Assembly: GCF_006345805.1 (NCBI RefSeq)
Contig: NC_043021.1
Coordinates: 6,324,001 to 6,388,000 of the forward strand
DNA: 64,000 nt
Reading direction: 5' to 3'
Source of the DNA: Octopus sinensis
Taxonomy: Eukaryota
Under the pieces are notes generated by a model that was not told where the DNA came from, searched no databases, and saw only the letters and a list, made by a program, of their open reading frames with translations. Every line of letters starts with the position of its first letter. Position 1 is the first letter of the stretch. Made by a program: the position numbers and the translations under genes. Of this stretch, positions 51,592-64,000 are shown piece by piece.

Positions 51592-53492
51592 TACATAGAA
51601 AAGAAACAAGGAGAGAAAAAAATGCGTGTAGGAGCTAATGGTCTATCATGCCGTTCTCATATATATACTCTTTTTACTCTTTTACTCTTTTACTTGTTTC
51701 AGTCATTTGACTGCGGCCATGCTGGAGCACCACCTTTAATCGAGCAACTCGACCCCAGGACTTATTCTTTTGTAAGCCCAGTATTATTCTATCGGTCTCT
51801 TTTGCCGAACCGCTAAGTGACGGGGACGTAAACACACCACCATTGGTTGTCAAGCAATGCTAGGGGGACAAACACAGACACACAAACACACACGCATACA
51901 TATATATATATATACATATATACGACAGGCTTCTTTCAGTTTCTGTCTACCAAATCCACTCACAAGGCTTGGTTTGCAACATTCTTTATATGAGTTCGTG
52001 TTGAAGCATATTCTGTTGTGTCTGGGGAGAATCATTTTCTTTTAGTGCCTTATTATTTAACACACTCACTGGTAAAATAAAAATAAGAAATAAGTGGAAA
52101 TTTTACCGGTGAGTGTGTTAAATAATAAGGCACTAAAAGAAAATGACTCTCCCCAAACACAACAAGAATATATATATATATATATATAAAAGCACCCACT
52201 ACACTCACGGAATGGTTGGCGTTAGGAAGTGGGCATCCAGCTGTGAAAACATTGCCAGATAAGACTGGAGCCTGGTGCAGCCTTCTGGCTTCCAGATCCC
52301 GGTCGAACCGTCCAACCCATGCTAGCATGGAGAACGGACGTTTAAACGATGATTGATGATGATATATAAGTTAATCCAACACATGAAAGCACAAAAAAAA
52401 AACAAACGCGAGGACGTGGAACAAAATATAGTATTATGGACGCTCAGGAAAGAAGGAAAGAGGGAGGGTTTAACGTTTTGAGCAGAGCTCTTCGTCGGAA
52501 ACATAGGAGAAGGAAAGATCCAGAGAAGGGAAGACAGAGGAAAAAAAATTGCCAACGGTACACACGCGGTCACATATACATACATACATACATACAGAGA
52601 GAGAGAGAGAGGCAGATGAGAGAAAGAGAGATACCTACAGATAGACAGCAAAAGATTCATAAAAAACACAACTTCCTACAGATATAAAGAGACAAATAAA
52701 TAACAATATGCCCATATATACAATTTTCCAAATTACAATTCTAACAATTGGAGAAAGAAAAGAAGGCCAAAACATGCAGCTAATTATTAGAGAAAATTAA
52801 TGATGAAACGTGTGATGATAGCTTTGTAAAGACTTTTGCAATATGGAACATGCCTTTGATGAAATCTAATCTAAAAGAAACTGGAATAATTCCGAAGATT
52901 TAATGAAGACGCAAAATTGCAACGAGCTAATGAGATTTGTTTTTAATATTTTCACACATTTCATTTTATTCATTAGAAATAATTTAATGAAAAGGCTTCA
53001 GATATTGTGAAATAAATGAATAAATAAATAAATAAATAAAAAAATACACATACACATACATGTACTCACAACACACACACACACTTATGAATCAAATTAA
53101 AAAACAATTTTTACAAAGTCTTTTTATCCGCTAGAAATAGCAGCCAAATCTCTTTGAAATCATACCTTAGTATCTGAATTAAAGGAAGGCCATAGGACAA
53201 TGTAATCTGAGACACACTGATGGAATGGTCAAGGCTGGATCATTTTTTTGATCATAGGTCTTATTCAATTAGAACTGATTTGAGGCTAAGGAACAACAAC
53301 AACAACAGCAACAACAGCAACACACATATGCAAATGAATCAGATATTTTACTACAAATATGTTTTGGTTGGTTAGATTAAATCTATGAGGTAGTGACATT
53401 CTTGCCTCTGCTCCAGAATTCTATTCTGTTTAGTTAATTAGACTAAAGCCAGTTTAAATCAAATGTAACAGACTGGATAGGCACAAGAGAGA

Positions 53493-54278
53493 GGGGCGAG
53501 CTGGCAGAAACGTTAGCACGCCGGGCGAAATGCGTAGCCGTATTTCGTCTGCCGTTACGTTCTGAGTTCAAATTCCGCCGAGGTCGGCTTTGCTTTTCAT
53601 CCTTTCGGGGTTGATAAATAAAGTACCAGTTACGCACTGGGGTTGATGTAATCGACTTAATCCATTTCTCTGTCCTTGTTTGTCCCCTCCATATTTAGCC
53701 CCTTGCGGGTAATAAAGAAATAGGTATTTCGTCTGTCTTTATGTTCTGAGTTCAAATTCCACCGAGGTCGACTTTGCCTTTCATCCTTTCGGGGTCGATA
53801 ACTTAAGTACCAGTTACGCACTGGGGGTCGATGTAATCGACTTAATCCCTTTCTCTGTCCATGTTTGTCCCCTCTGTGTTTAGCCCCTTGTGGATAGTAA
53901 AGAAATAGGTATTTCGTCTGTCTTTATGTTCTGAGTTCAAATTCCGCCGAGGTCGACTTTGCCTTTCATCTTTTCGGGGTCAATAAATTAAGTACCAGTT
54001 CCCCACTTGGGATCGATGTAATCGACTTAATCCCTCTCTCTTTCCTTGTTTGTCCCCTCTATGTTTAGCCCCTTGTGGGTAGTAAAGAAATAGGTATTTC
54101 GTCTGTCTTTACGTTCTGAGTTCAAATTCCACCGAGGTCGACTTTGCCTTTCATCCTTTCGGGGTCAGTAAATTAAGTACCAGTTACGCACTGGGGGATC
54201 GATGCTTCGACTTAATCCCTTTCTCTGTCTTTTTTTGTCCCCTCTATGTTTAGCCTCTTGTGGGCAATAAAGAAATAA
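53493..54278 (+). repeat. Family B SINE followed by three 185-bp reiterations of its 3' part
   Basis: The junction aaagaaata|ggtatttcgtctg occurs at 53723, 53908 and 54093. Confidence 0.9.
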
Positions 54279-54659
54279 GAAGCTTGCTTCCCAACCACAT
54301 AGTTCCAGGTTCAGTCCCACTGTGTGGCACCTTGGCCAAGTGTCTTCTACTATAGCCTTGGATTGACCAAAGCGTTGTGAGTGGATTTGGTAGGCAGAAA
54401 CTGAAAGAAGCCTGCCATATACAATATATGTATATATATGTATATATACACAGTTGGCTTCTTTCAATTTCCGTCTACCAAATCCACTCACAAAGCTTTG
54501 GTTGGCCTGAGGCTATAAGGTGCCACGCAGTAGGACTGAATCCAGAACCATGTGATTGGGAAGCAAGCTTCTTACCACACAGCCACAGCTGTTCTTTTTG
54601 TTTTTATTTTTGATTTGCCTATGATCAAAAGTGCTCTAGTTTCTTTCTTCTTTTTTTTT

Positions 54660-55090
54660 TTATAAGTCACAATATATCTTGCAATACAAGATAAATATAT
54701 TTTTCCTATTTCTATAAGGCTGGTGCAGGTTCTACAGCCAAGACAACCACACTTTTTGATTATTGTTGATTTTAGCAGGTAATTCAGCATTGGTAAGTAA
54801 TTTTTTTTTTCCTGATTTTATTGTTTTTTGATTGTTATATGTGCTTCAAGTGCTCTTTTCCTTCTTCCGACTTGTCTCAATAATGGAATGCTCCGATGGA
54901 TAATGGTGCAGATTTCAGTATTTCTTGGGTTGTGTAGTAGTGTAAGGTAAAGCATTTGGTTTATTTGAACTGTTTTTCTGTTCTTCATAATTCTTGAATG
55001 TCTATTGTTTTGGCAACATTATATTCCATTAACAATTAATTTCATTGAGTTCTGTCTTCCAAGCAGCATTTGTTTTAATTCTTGCAGGCT
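54660..55090 (-). mobile_element. Decayed Penelope-like ORF relic (linker between RT thumb and endonuclease)
   Basis: Frameshifted fragments LQELKQMLL, LPYTTT/HNPRN, IIHRSIPLL and IKKCGCLGCRTC resemble the Cys-containing linker of Penelope ORFs. Confidence 0.45.
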
Positions 55091-56445
55091 TTTATTCCAC
55101 AAATCAAAATTCAAACGAACCAAGCATACTCTTTCTGCCAGATTAACCCTCTGCCATTCAGATTACTCTGTCAAATGTAAAGCTTATTGATTCACATTGT
55201 TTTTAATTAATCGTGCATTATCACATAATCTCAAAATTTCAACGACGCGATTGTTTAGTTTAGAATGTCATTGCAGGATGGGTGTGAGAAGCTGAATCTG
55301 GTTAATTTGAACATAGAAAATGTAGAATATTTGTTTTTGTAGAATTAAAAAAAGAACATTACAACCATATATACGACGGGCTTCTTTCAGTTTCCGTCCA
55401 CCAAATCCACTCACAAGGCTTTGATCGGCCCGAGGCTATAGCAAAAGACACTTGCCCAAGTTGAGTACCATGATAATATCCTACAGCTTCATCAAAGCCT
55501 TTAATATGAATTGCTTTTTATTTAGGTAAGTTACATTTTCAGAATATACAACATACAGGCATTGGTAAACCTGTTCATTCACAATTATGATAAAAAACTC
55601 AGTTTAATGCAGTGAATTTTGCAAATGGGTTTATTTGTACTTTTATAACATGACCACTATTATATCGGCAAAGGAAATGTATGATAATTCACATCAGAGA
55701 ACTTCATACATATATTTGTCTATCTGTGTCTCTATACAGTTATTGAGAAATGTTTTATAGAATGAGGTTTTTTTTTATATATAAATCCAGGAGTTAAAAA
55801 CATTTGTTTTGAAAAAACTATATTTTGAAAATTTGGTTTGATATTTCTTACTTGCATCAACATTTTACTCCTTATTTCCCATTATTTTAAGTTATATTTC
55901 AGTATACAGTCATGTTATCTACTCTGTTTTCCAGTTATATATCTGTTCTGAGATATATAGGGTGTGAAAATCTTTTTATTTAATTATTATCAAACTCTAA
56001 ATACTTCACAGTATTTCTGTGTAACTGTTATAAGTCCAATCTTTTCATCTTTATCCTTATATATTAATATTTGTCTTTCATTTTTATTCATCTATTTATC
56101 TTTCCCTTTCAACTTTATCGTTCTGTTTCTCTTTATCTCCCATCATTTTTCCCTGTCAGCATTCATTATCCAAGTATTTATATGCCTGAATCTGTTTTTG
56201 AACCATACATTGAAAATACATGCACTTCTGCATCTTCCTACGTACCTTAAACAACCAACACGATAACCTATCCATCCACACATCTACCAACACACACACA
56301 GTTTCACATCACATCTATACACACACACACACACTCTATACTGTACCACATATCTAGCTATTTGTTAACTAACCTATCTATTTGTCCATTAATCCCTCTA
56401 TATCTGTCTGTCTGTCTATCTATAACAATATATTTCATATTTCAT

Positions 56446-56552
56446 TCCATAACGGCTACCTCTGCTGAGTGCAGGGTTACAAAATTGGACTGTTACGTAA
56501 CACTCCATTGAACCCCTAGTGCGAAACCGATTGGTAAGATCGGCCGTAATGG
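56446..56552 (+). ncRNA. Hammerhead-like motif with A6->C and a closed stem III
   Basis: ccataacggc-tacct-CTGCTGA(56462-56468)-gtgcagggtt...aacccctagtgc-GAAACC-gatt-GGTA-agatcg-gccgtaatgg. Confidence 0.5.
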
Positions 56553-57165
56553 ATATATAATACTGTACACATCATAGATATCTACATATGTAGATATCTA
56601 CACACACACACATGCACACACACACACATGATAAATTGTGGTTCTTAAAATTAAGTGATGGGAACGTAAACACACCAGCATTGGTTGTCAAGCAATGCTA
56701 GGGGGACAAACACAGACACACAAACACACACACATATATATATATATACATATATACGACAGGCTTCTTTCAGTTTCCATCTACCAAATCCACTCACAGG
56801 CATTGGTCGGCCCGGGGCTATAGCAGAAGACACTTGCCCAAGATTCCACGCAGTGGGACTGAACCCGGAACCATGTGGTTGGTTAGCAAGCTACTTACCA
56901 CACAGCCACTCCTTAAAATTAAGCACACTATATAATATACTGAGGGTGTATAGTAGAGTTTAATGATCATATTAAGAGGTGATGGGCATGACACCAAGTT
57001 TTGTGTAAAGTTGATGCCCTGCACTCATTAAAAAGACACATTATGGGTTTAAGTATTTCTTTTATCATAATATATATCTTTTTCCTTTCTTGAAAGGCTT
57101 TGCATGTTGGAATTCTGCAAAAGCCACTTTTAGTATGATTGTCATTAAACAACATTACATATCTA

Positions 57166-57416
57166 TCGTTGCTATTATGTTAAACTGTCGTATGTCCAAG
57201 TTCGGCCAAATGTGTTTTTTCTTAATATTTATTTTTGCTTGCAATAGCCCATTCTTTTGGTCAAGCTATTGTCTCCCCTGCTGCTTCAGATGCCAAGATA
57301 TCAAAAGTTTTCAAAGTGTAGTACAATAGTTTTGCTACGGAATGGGGAAACTATATTTTTGTTTTCTGCAAAAGCAATATTTTGGACTTACAACACTTTT
57401 GCATAATAGCAACAAT
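57166..57416. mobile_element. MITE with ~35-bp imperfect TIRs
   Basis: atcgttgctattatgttaaactgtcgtatgtccaa is mirrored by ttggacttacaacacttttgcataatagcaacaat. Confidence 0.6.
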
Positions 57417-57731
57417 ATATATATATATATATATCACGTGATTATGTGACCGACCAGACCATCAGATGTTGCTACACATCGCTGGTCACAATGCGTTCGC
57501 ATTGTTTTAGCCTTCGAACGACGCCACCCCGCTGGCTAAGCGAGCAGGCCAACAGAAGAAAGAGTGATGAAAGAGTACAGCAGGGATCACCACCACCCCC
57601 TGCCGGAGCCTCGTGGAACTTTTAGGTGTTTTTGCTCAATAAACACACACAACGCCCAGTCTGGGAATCGAAACCGCGAACCTACGACCGCGAGTCCGCT
57701 GCCCTAACCACTGGGCCATTGCGCCTCCATA

Positions 57732-57823
<92 letters not shown>

Positions 57824-58318
57824 AAGTTAGGGGTTGTGATCACAGGAGAGGCCAGGGGTTGAACTCAGATTGCAAGTAGAGTGAGTAGAATAGAAAGAAG
57901 TCACTTACTTGGTATCATAGTTTTATAGCGATTTTTGGTTCCTGACCCTGCTACATAGACTTTTTCAGGGTGGTTGGTAGGGATATCCTGAAAGGAAGCA
58001 GAGAGAGATGAGGCAGTTACACAAGAAAACATACAAACACACACACACATACCATTAAAACAAGAGGAACGGAGTGAACAAGTCCTTTTATTACATCAAT
58101 TTAACAACAATGGTAATAGCTCTCTGAACTTTGCTGAGTTTGGCTCTTATTCTAGTAACTACAATCTCAAAGCAATTCCTCCACTGCTAATTTGGTCATC
58201 AAGGAACAGCAACTATCTACAACTTCTATGATGATTCTCTAACCTGTTTTGTATTCCATGTAAATACACACTTTAAGCCTAATTCTGTTTATTTGCTTTC
58301 CCTCTGTGTGTATGCATG

Positions 58319-58360
<42 letters not shown>

Positions 58361-59371
58361 TATAATATAAATATATATAGATATATATAGTAGATACATA
58401 TATGTACATACCTATATATATATGTATATATACATACATATATGGGTACAGGGCATAAAAAAAAAACGTTGAACACAATGAGTAAAACGAAGGAAACAAA
58501 AGACGAAGACAGGTGAGGGAACAGAAAGTAGGTGTATTAGTTTAACGCTAGGGAAGAATGGAAAAGTCTTTGATGTTTCGAGCCTATGCTCTTTAACAGA
58601 AAAGGATTGAGAGGAAATCAATTGGAGAGAAAAAAATGTGTAGGGATTAATGGTTCAAGATGATGAAAAGCCGGAAACATGTGTGAGCGTGTTATGCATA
58701 CTCACAAGCACATGCATACTTTATTTGTAGGTCAACAAGACTACAAACGGTTCCATATGAAAAGAGCTACACACTTGTTCAAGCATGGCCCATGCTCATC
58801 TCCATTCAGTGTATATATATATTTTTTTTACTCTCCCTCTCTCTCCACTCTTTTTCTTCTCATCTCTTTCTGACAAAGAGCATAGGCTTGAAATGTCAAA
58901 GACTTTTCCATTCTCCCTGAGCATCATACTAATACACCTGCTTGTTGTTCCATCACCTGTCTTTGTCTTCTGTACATATATATACGTAAAACACCATCCG
59001 TTTCGTGGCCGTTTGCCAGCTCTGTCTGGACCCCATGTTGGTGGCACATAAAAGCACCATCCATTCGTGTCCATTGCCAGCCTCGCCTGGCCCCCGTGCC
59101 GGTGACATGTAAAAGCACCATCCGTTCGTGGCCGTTTGCCAGCTCTGTCTGGCACCTGTACGGGTGGCACGTAAAAAGCACCCACTACACTCATGGAGTG
59201 GTTGGCGTTAGGAAGGGCATCCAGCTGTAGAAACACTGCCAGATCTGACTGGGCTTGATGAAGCCTTCCAGCTTCACAGACCCCAGTTGAACCGTCCAAC
59301 CCATGCTAGCATGGAAAACGGACGCTAAATGATGATGATGATGATGATGATATGTATGTATGTATGTATAT

Positions 59372-59402
<31 letters not shown>

Positions 59403-59427
59403 CATATATATATGTATGTATGTACAT

Positions 59428-59480
<53 letters not shown>

Positions 59481-60103
59481 TACACACATATATATATATA
59501 CATATATATATACATTGGCCTTGCCTGCATCTCTGTCTATCGATTTCACTGACAAGGTATTGGACAGTCTGAGACAATAGGTGCTGTGCAGTGGGACTGA
59601 ACCTGAGACCATGTTATTACAAATTGAGCTTCTTTACCACCCAACTACGCCACCGCCTAGCACCCAAGTAAACACCTATTTGTTGGAAGCTGAAAAGTTC
59701 ACAGACCATTGCTCTGAGTTTTCTCTTTTCTGATCTTTGGGTGATAAAATGTCTGAAGACTAGTAACTTAAATGGTTAGTGATTTTTTTTTTGTTTTTGC
59801 TTCCAATAAATATAATAAATCTCTGTATCCTATACTAACTACTCTCTTCTCTCCTTGCTTGTGCAATTTTTGGGTGCTGAAACACACACACGCGCACATG
59901 CACACTGAGGCAAACACATATATGTACGTATATAGTTAAAAATAGACTTAACTGTTCAATAAGTATTATAGCTAAGTGTTATTGTTCTCTCAAAAACAGT
60001 TTTTTGGTATTGGACACAGATACATGAAACAACTTGTCAGAGAGTGAAAAATAATCATACCAAAATGCACATAAAATGGCCCAGAATAAATAAATACGTA
60101 CAT

Positions 60104-60149
<46 letters not shown>

Positions 60150-60530
60150 ATATATATATGTTATATATGTTATATGTATATATATATGTAATATATATGT
60201 ATATATATATGTATATATGTATATATATATATGTAATATATATGTATATATATGTGTTATATATATGTGTATTATATATAGTATATATATATATATATAT
60301 ATATATGTTTATATGCATTCACACACATATACACAGACATGCATATATACATAGAGACAGACAGACAGACACATAGATAAAACAAATTTGCAAAGTATTC
60401 AATAGTAATTAACTATGTTTTAGAATTCTGGCGAGTTCTACATAAAATCTGTAAAGTAAGGCAGTGAAAAGGTAGAAAGACTTTTTGTCTTTCAAAGAAT
60501 TTTTATAATGATGTGAGGATGTGAACTTAC

Positions 60531-60630
60531 CCAAAATTCTTCATACACACTTGAGACATTCTTGACTGCATTACGAAGATCTTTGCGACTCAGCCGGTTA
60601 CCAGCAGACATCAGAAACTCAAGACCAGAG
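60531..60630 (-). CDS. PTP exon preceding the catalytic domain (SGLEFLMSAGNRLSRKDLRNAVKNVSSVYEEFW)
   Basis: gttacag acceptor, gtaagt donor, 100 nt. Aligns by eye with the EYLQSASRILTRSQLR...EF segment of PTPRR/PTPN5, placing the gene in the KIM-PTP family. Confidence 0.85.
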
Positions 60631-62020
60631 CTGTAACAATTGAGAAAAATGGAGAAAAAATGAAGAAAAGTTAGAAACTAGTCTTTTTTGGTCTTCTAGT
60701 TTCTTCAACACACACTCAGGAACCTTTAAATTTAGAACTATTTATTGCCATTGTTTTAGCCTCTGGTTAGCACTGACCAGGTTTAAAAGTATTTCGGCAA
60801 TGATCATACAATATCCATCTCTAGAACATTGAAAATTCCAGGATAACATTATCCAATGTAACATTCCCCTTCCAATTTGAGAGATTTGGCTGCTGTTTCC
60901 GGCAGGTTGTATGGTGATATAATAACTCCCTCACTGGCTTGCTACTAAGAAGATATTAGTTCTTGATGGAGAGTTACAAAGAAGGTATTAGGGAGCTGGC
61001 AGAATCGTTAGCACGTCGGGCAAAATGCTTAGCAGTATTTCGGCTGTGTTACGTTGTGAGTTCAAATTCCGCCGAGGTCGACTTTGCCTTTCATCCCTTC
61101 GGGGTCGATAAATTAAGTACCAGTTACGCACTGGGGTCGATGTAATCGACTTAATACGTATGTCTGTCCTTGTTTGTCCCCTCTGTGTTTAGCTCCTTGT
61201 GGGTAATAAAGAAATAGGTATTAGGGTGTGTTACAAAGAATAAGTCCTGGGGTCGATTTGCTCGGCTAAAGGCAGTGCTCCAGCATGGCCACAGTCAAAT
61301 GACTGAAACAAGTAAAAGAGTAAAGAGAGAATAAGGATTACATTTGACAGAGTAATGTGAATGCGAAAGGGTTAAAGCTAAATGTCCTTCCTGATAGTAA
61401 ACCTTGCCTGTTTTCCAAGAAAGACATTTTCCATTCTAGTCATCTTCAAAAGTACAGAGCTAAGAGATTATTTATTGACACAGAATGCCAGAGATATCAC
61501 CGTTTGTAGCTCAACACTTTTCCATGCAAAATATAAACATTTATACAGACGCTTATGCACACACACACACACACACACACGCACACACTTTTTGAATAGG
61601 AACATAAGATGTTGGGTCCATTAATTTCACACTGAAAATCATAGAATTGGAAACATTCCTTTGAATCATAATCCATTTTATTGTGCATGTAAAAAAAAAA
61701 TGCTGCACAACTTCTCACTGCATTTCACAGTTCTGCCTGCCTGCCTGCCTACCTACCTACCTACCTACCTACCTGCCTACCTACCTACCTACCTACCTAC
61801 CTACCTATCTATTTATCTATCTATCTATCTATCTACCTACCTACCTATCTATCTATTTATCTATATGTATAAGGTTATTTTAATGTGCCAATCTACTTGG
61901 TGAAGTTATTAATTAATTGATTGATTAATTAATTAACTTAATTGATAAATTTTATCCTTTTATTATTATATGTATATGTATGTATGTATATATATATATA
62001 TATATATATGTATATGTATA

Positions 62021-62068
<48 letters not shown>

Positions 62069-62948
62069 ACAATATATATATATATACACACACTGCTCCA
62101 GCATGGCTGCAGTCAAATGACTGAAACAAATAAAAGAATATATACATACACACACATACACATCACAAAACCACACACACACACTTATGCCCATCTTAAA
62201 AAACACTGATACACACCTTTTATATGTACACACCAACTCAAGCCCTTCCTCCCTTCTTAAGCACCCACCTCCCACTTAGAACCCCATTCCTGACCAGCCT
62301 AAACCCAACACCTGAGTTTTCTTTCCTCTCTCTCCTCTCAACCACTTCTCCTCTTTCACACTCCACTTTTAAACTTTCCTTCTACACTTTTCTTCCGATG
62401 AAAGCCTAGCATCCAAAATGCTGAGGTTCTTTCCTTTCCTCTTTTCAAGTGGCAAACTAGCTCAATATTTGTTAAAACTTGGCCTTCCTTCTGTTGAGCT
62501 TTTCCTTTTTTTTTTTGTTTATTACCTTTGCAACCAACCAACACACACATGTACTCACACATACATACACTCACACACACACTCACACACACACACACAC
62601 ACACAGACAAGTGGTGTTTTCTGCATGAATGCAAATCTTGCAATGCTTGCTTTAACAAATACTAAATCAGATTTCCTAATATTTTTTTTTCCAATTTTAT
62701 GACAGATACCTGGAAAGCAGGTACACACACACACACACACACACACACTTCTTTAATAATATGACTTCAGTTTTAAAAATTGTAAACTCTAGCTTCAGTA
62801 CCAGGAGTCATCCCTGATACACACACACACACACACGTTAGAAATGCATTAAAGAGTGTGGGACCAATGCTACTACATTGGCAGAGAAATCATTTCTTTT
62901 TAATAGTAGAGTGCCGTTAATATGATGTTGATACATGCACACACACAC

Positions 62949-63014
<66 letters not shown>

Positions 63015-63019
63015 ATATA

Positions 63020-63069
<50 letters not shown>

Positions 63070-63219
63070 CATATATATATATATGCATATGTATATATGT
63101 ATATATATACATAAACATACACATACATCCAAATATATACAAGAATAACAAGGAGGTTGAAAAGAAAAGCAAGATGAAAGAGAGAAGAAACGAGAAAGGG
63201 AGAGAGCAAGAGAGTGCGT

Positions 63220-63438
63220 TAATAATAATAATAATAATAGTAATAATGATAATAATAATAACAATAATACAATAATAATAATAATAATAAAATAATAACA
63301 ATAACAACAATAACAATAATAATAATCATGGTAATAATAAATAATAATAATAATAATAAAATAATAATAATAATGATGATAATAACAATAATAATAATAA
63401 CAATAATAATAATAATAATGATGATAATAATAATATAA

Positions 63439-63475
<37 letters not shown>

Positions 63476-63539
63476 GATAATAATAATAATAATAATAATA
63501 ATAATATAATAATAATAATAATGATAATAATAATAATAA

Positions 63540-63570
<31 letters not shown>

Positions 63571-63572
63571 TA
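63220..63572. repeat. (AAT)n tract, representative of many (AT)n, (AC)n and (ATCT)n tracts, e.g. 28980-29500, 37130-38560, 57735-57820, 60105-60310
   Basis: Directly visible simple repeats; they generate the YI/HT-rich ORFs in the track. Confidence 0.95.
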
Positions 63573-64000
63573 AAGTGATGAAGTCTAAATAATAAACAAA
63601 ATGGCACAGCTTTCTTCACAGTGCCTATCTTCCTAACACCATTCCACTTCCTAACCAATACTGCACTGCTTTCAAGGAACTTCCCAAAATACACTTCCCA
63701 ACTCTAACAACAAGCATGTGTACACGTGCTCGCACGCATGCAACGTACACATGCATAAGATTCTATAGAAAAAAAAAAAAAGATTTTTTTTTTTTTTTTT
63801 GAATTGTGAAGTGAAATCAAAAATAGAAAAATCAATGAATTGATGTATATTATCACTCGTGAGATAATATTGGGTTACGAAGAATTAAGATGGATTTAAT
63901 GTTTCTTAATGCGGTTTGATATGCTGGAAACCGGAAAAACTATAAAGAAAAAAGAAGTATCCAACAAGAAAAATTCGAAAAAATTGAGAAGCTAAAAAAG

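Noticed and set aside
60420-60450. Acceptor-like ctttacag on the minus strand as the missing PTP exon
   Set aside because: The phase-0 reading ILCRTRQNSKT* has no PTP similarity and terminates.

Overview
AT-rich, microsatellite- and SINE-dense eukaryotic DNA. The repeat families suggest a coleoid cephalopod (Octopus-like); this is inference. There is a 100-N assembly gap at 50229-50328. Two spliced genes converge, and both are largely missed by the ORF track. ELP4 (Elongator subunit 4) is on the + strand with 9 exons at 2772-17259; its first exon lies upstream of the window. A KIM-family tyrosine phosphatase (PTPN5/PTPRR/PTPN7/PTP-ER-like) is on the - strand with 6 exons at 39449-60630; its 5' exons lie beyond the window and the NRY/YINANY exon(s) are probably in the gap. 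The rest is an open RTE-clade LINE 3' end carrying a PHD-like zinc finger, LINE and Penelope relics, several tRNA-derived SINE families, MITEs, tandem duplications and simple repeats. The most notable signal is a set of about seven apparently unrelated short elements carrying minimal type-I hammerhead-ribozyme motifs, typical of Penelope pseudo-LTRs and retrozymes. Many sit in fold-back pairs; one has a G3:C8 covariant core and one is fused to a tRNA-SINE head. There is also a candidate in-frame 72-nt cassette exon inside the phosphatase domain. All calls are by eye, and repeat boundaries are approximate.
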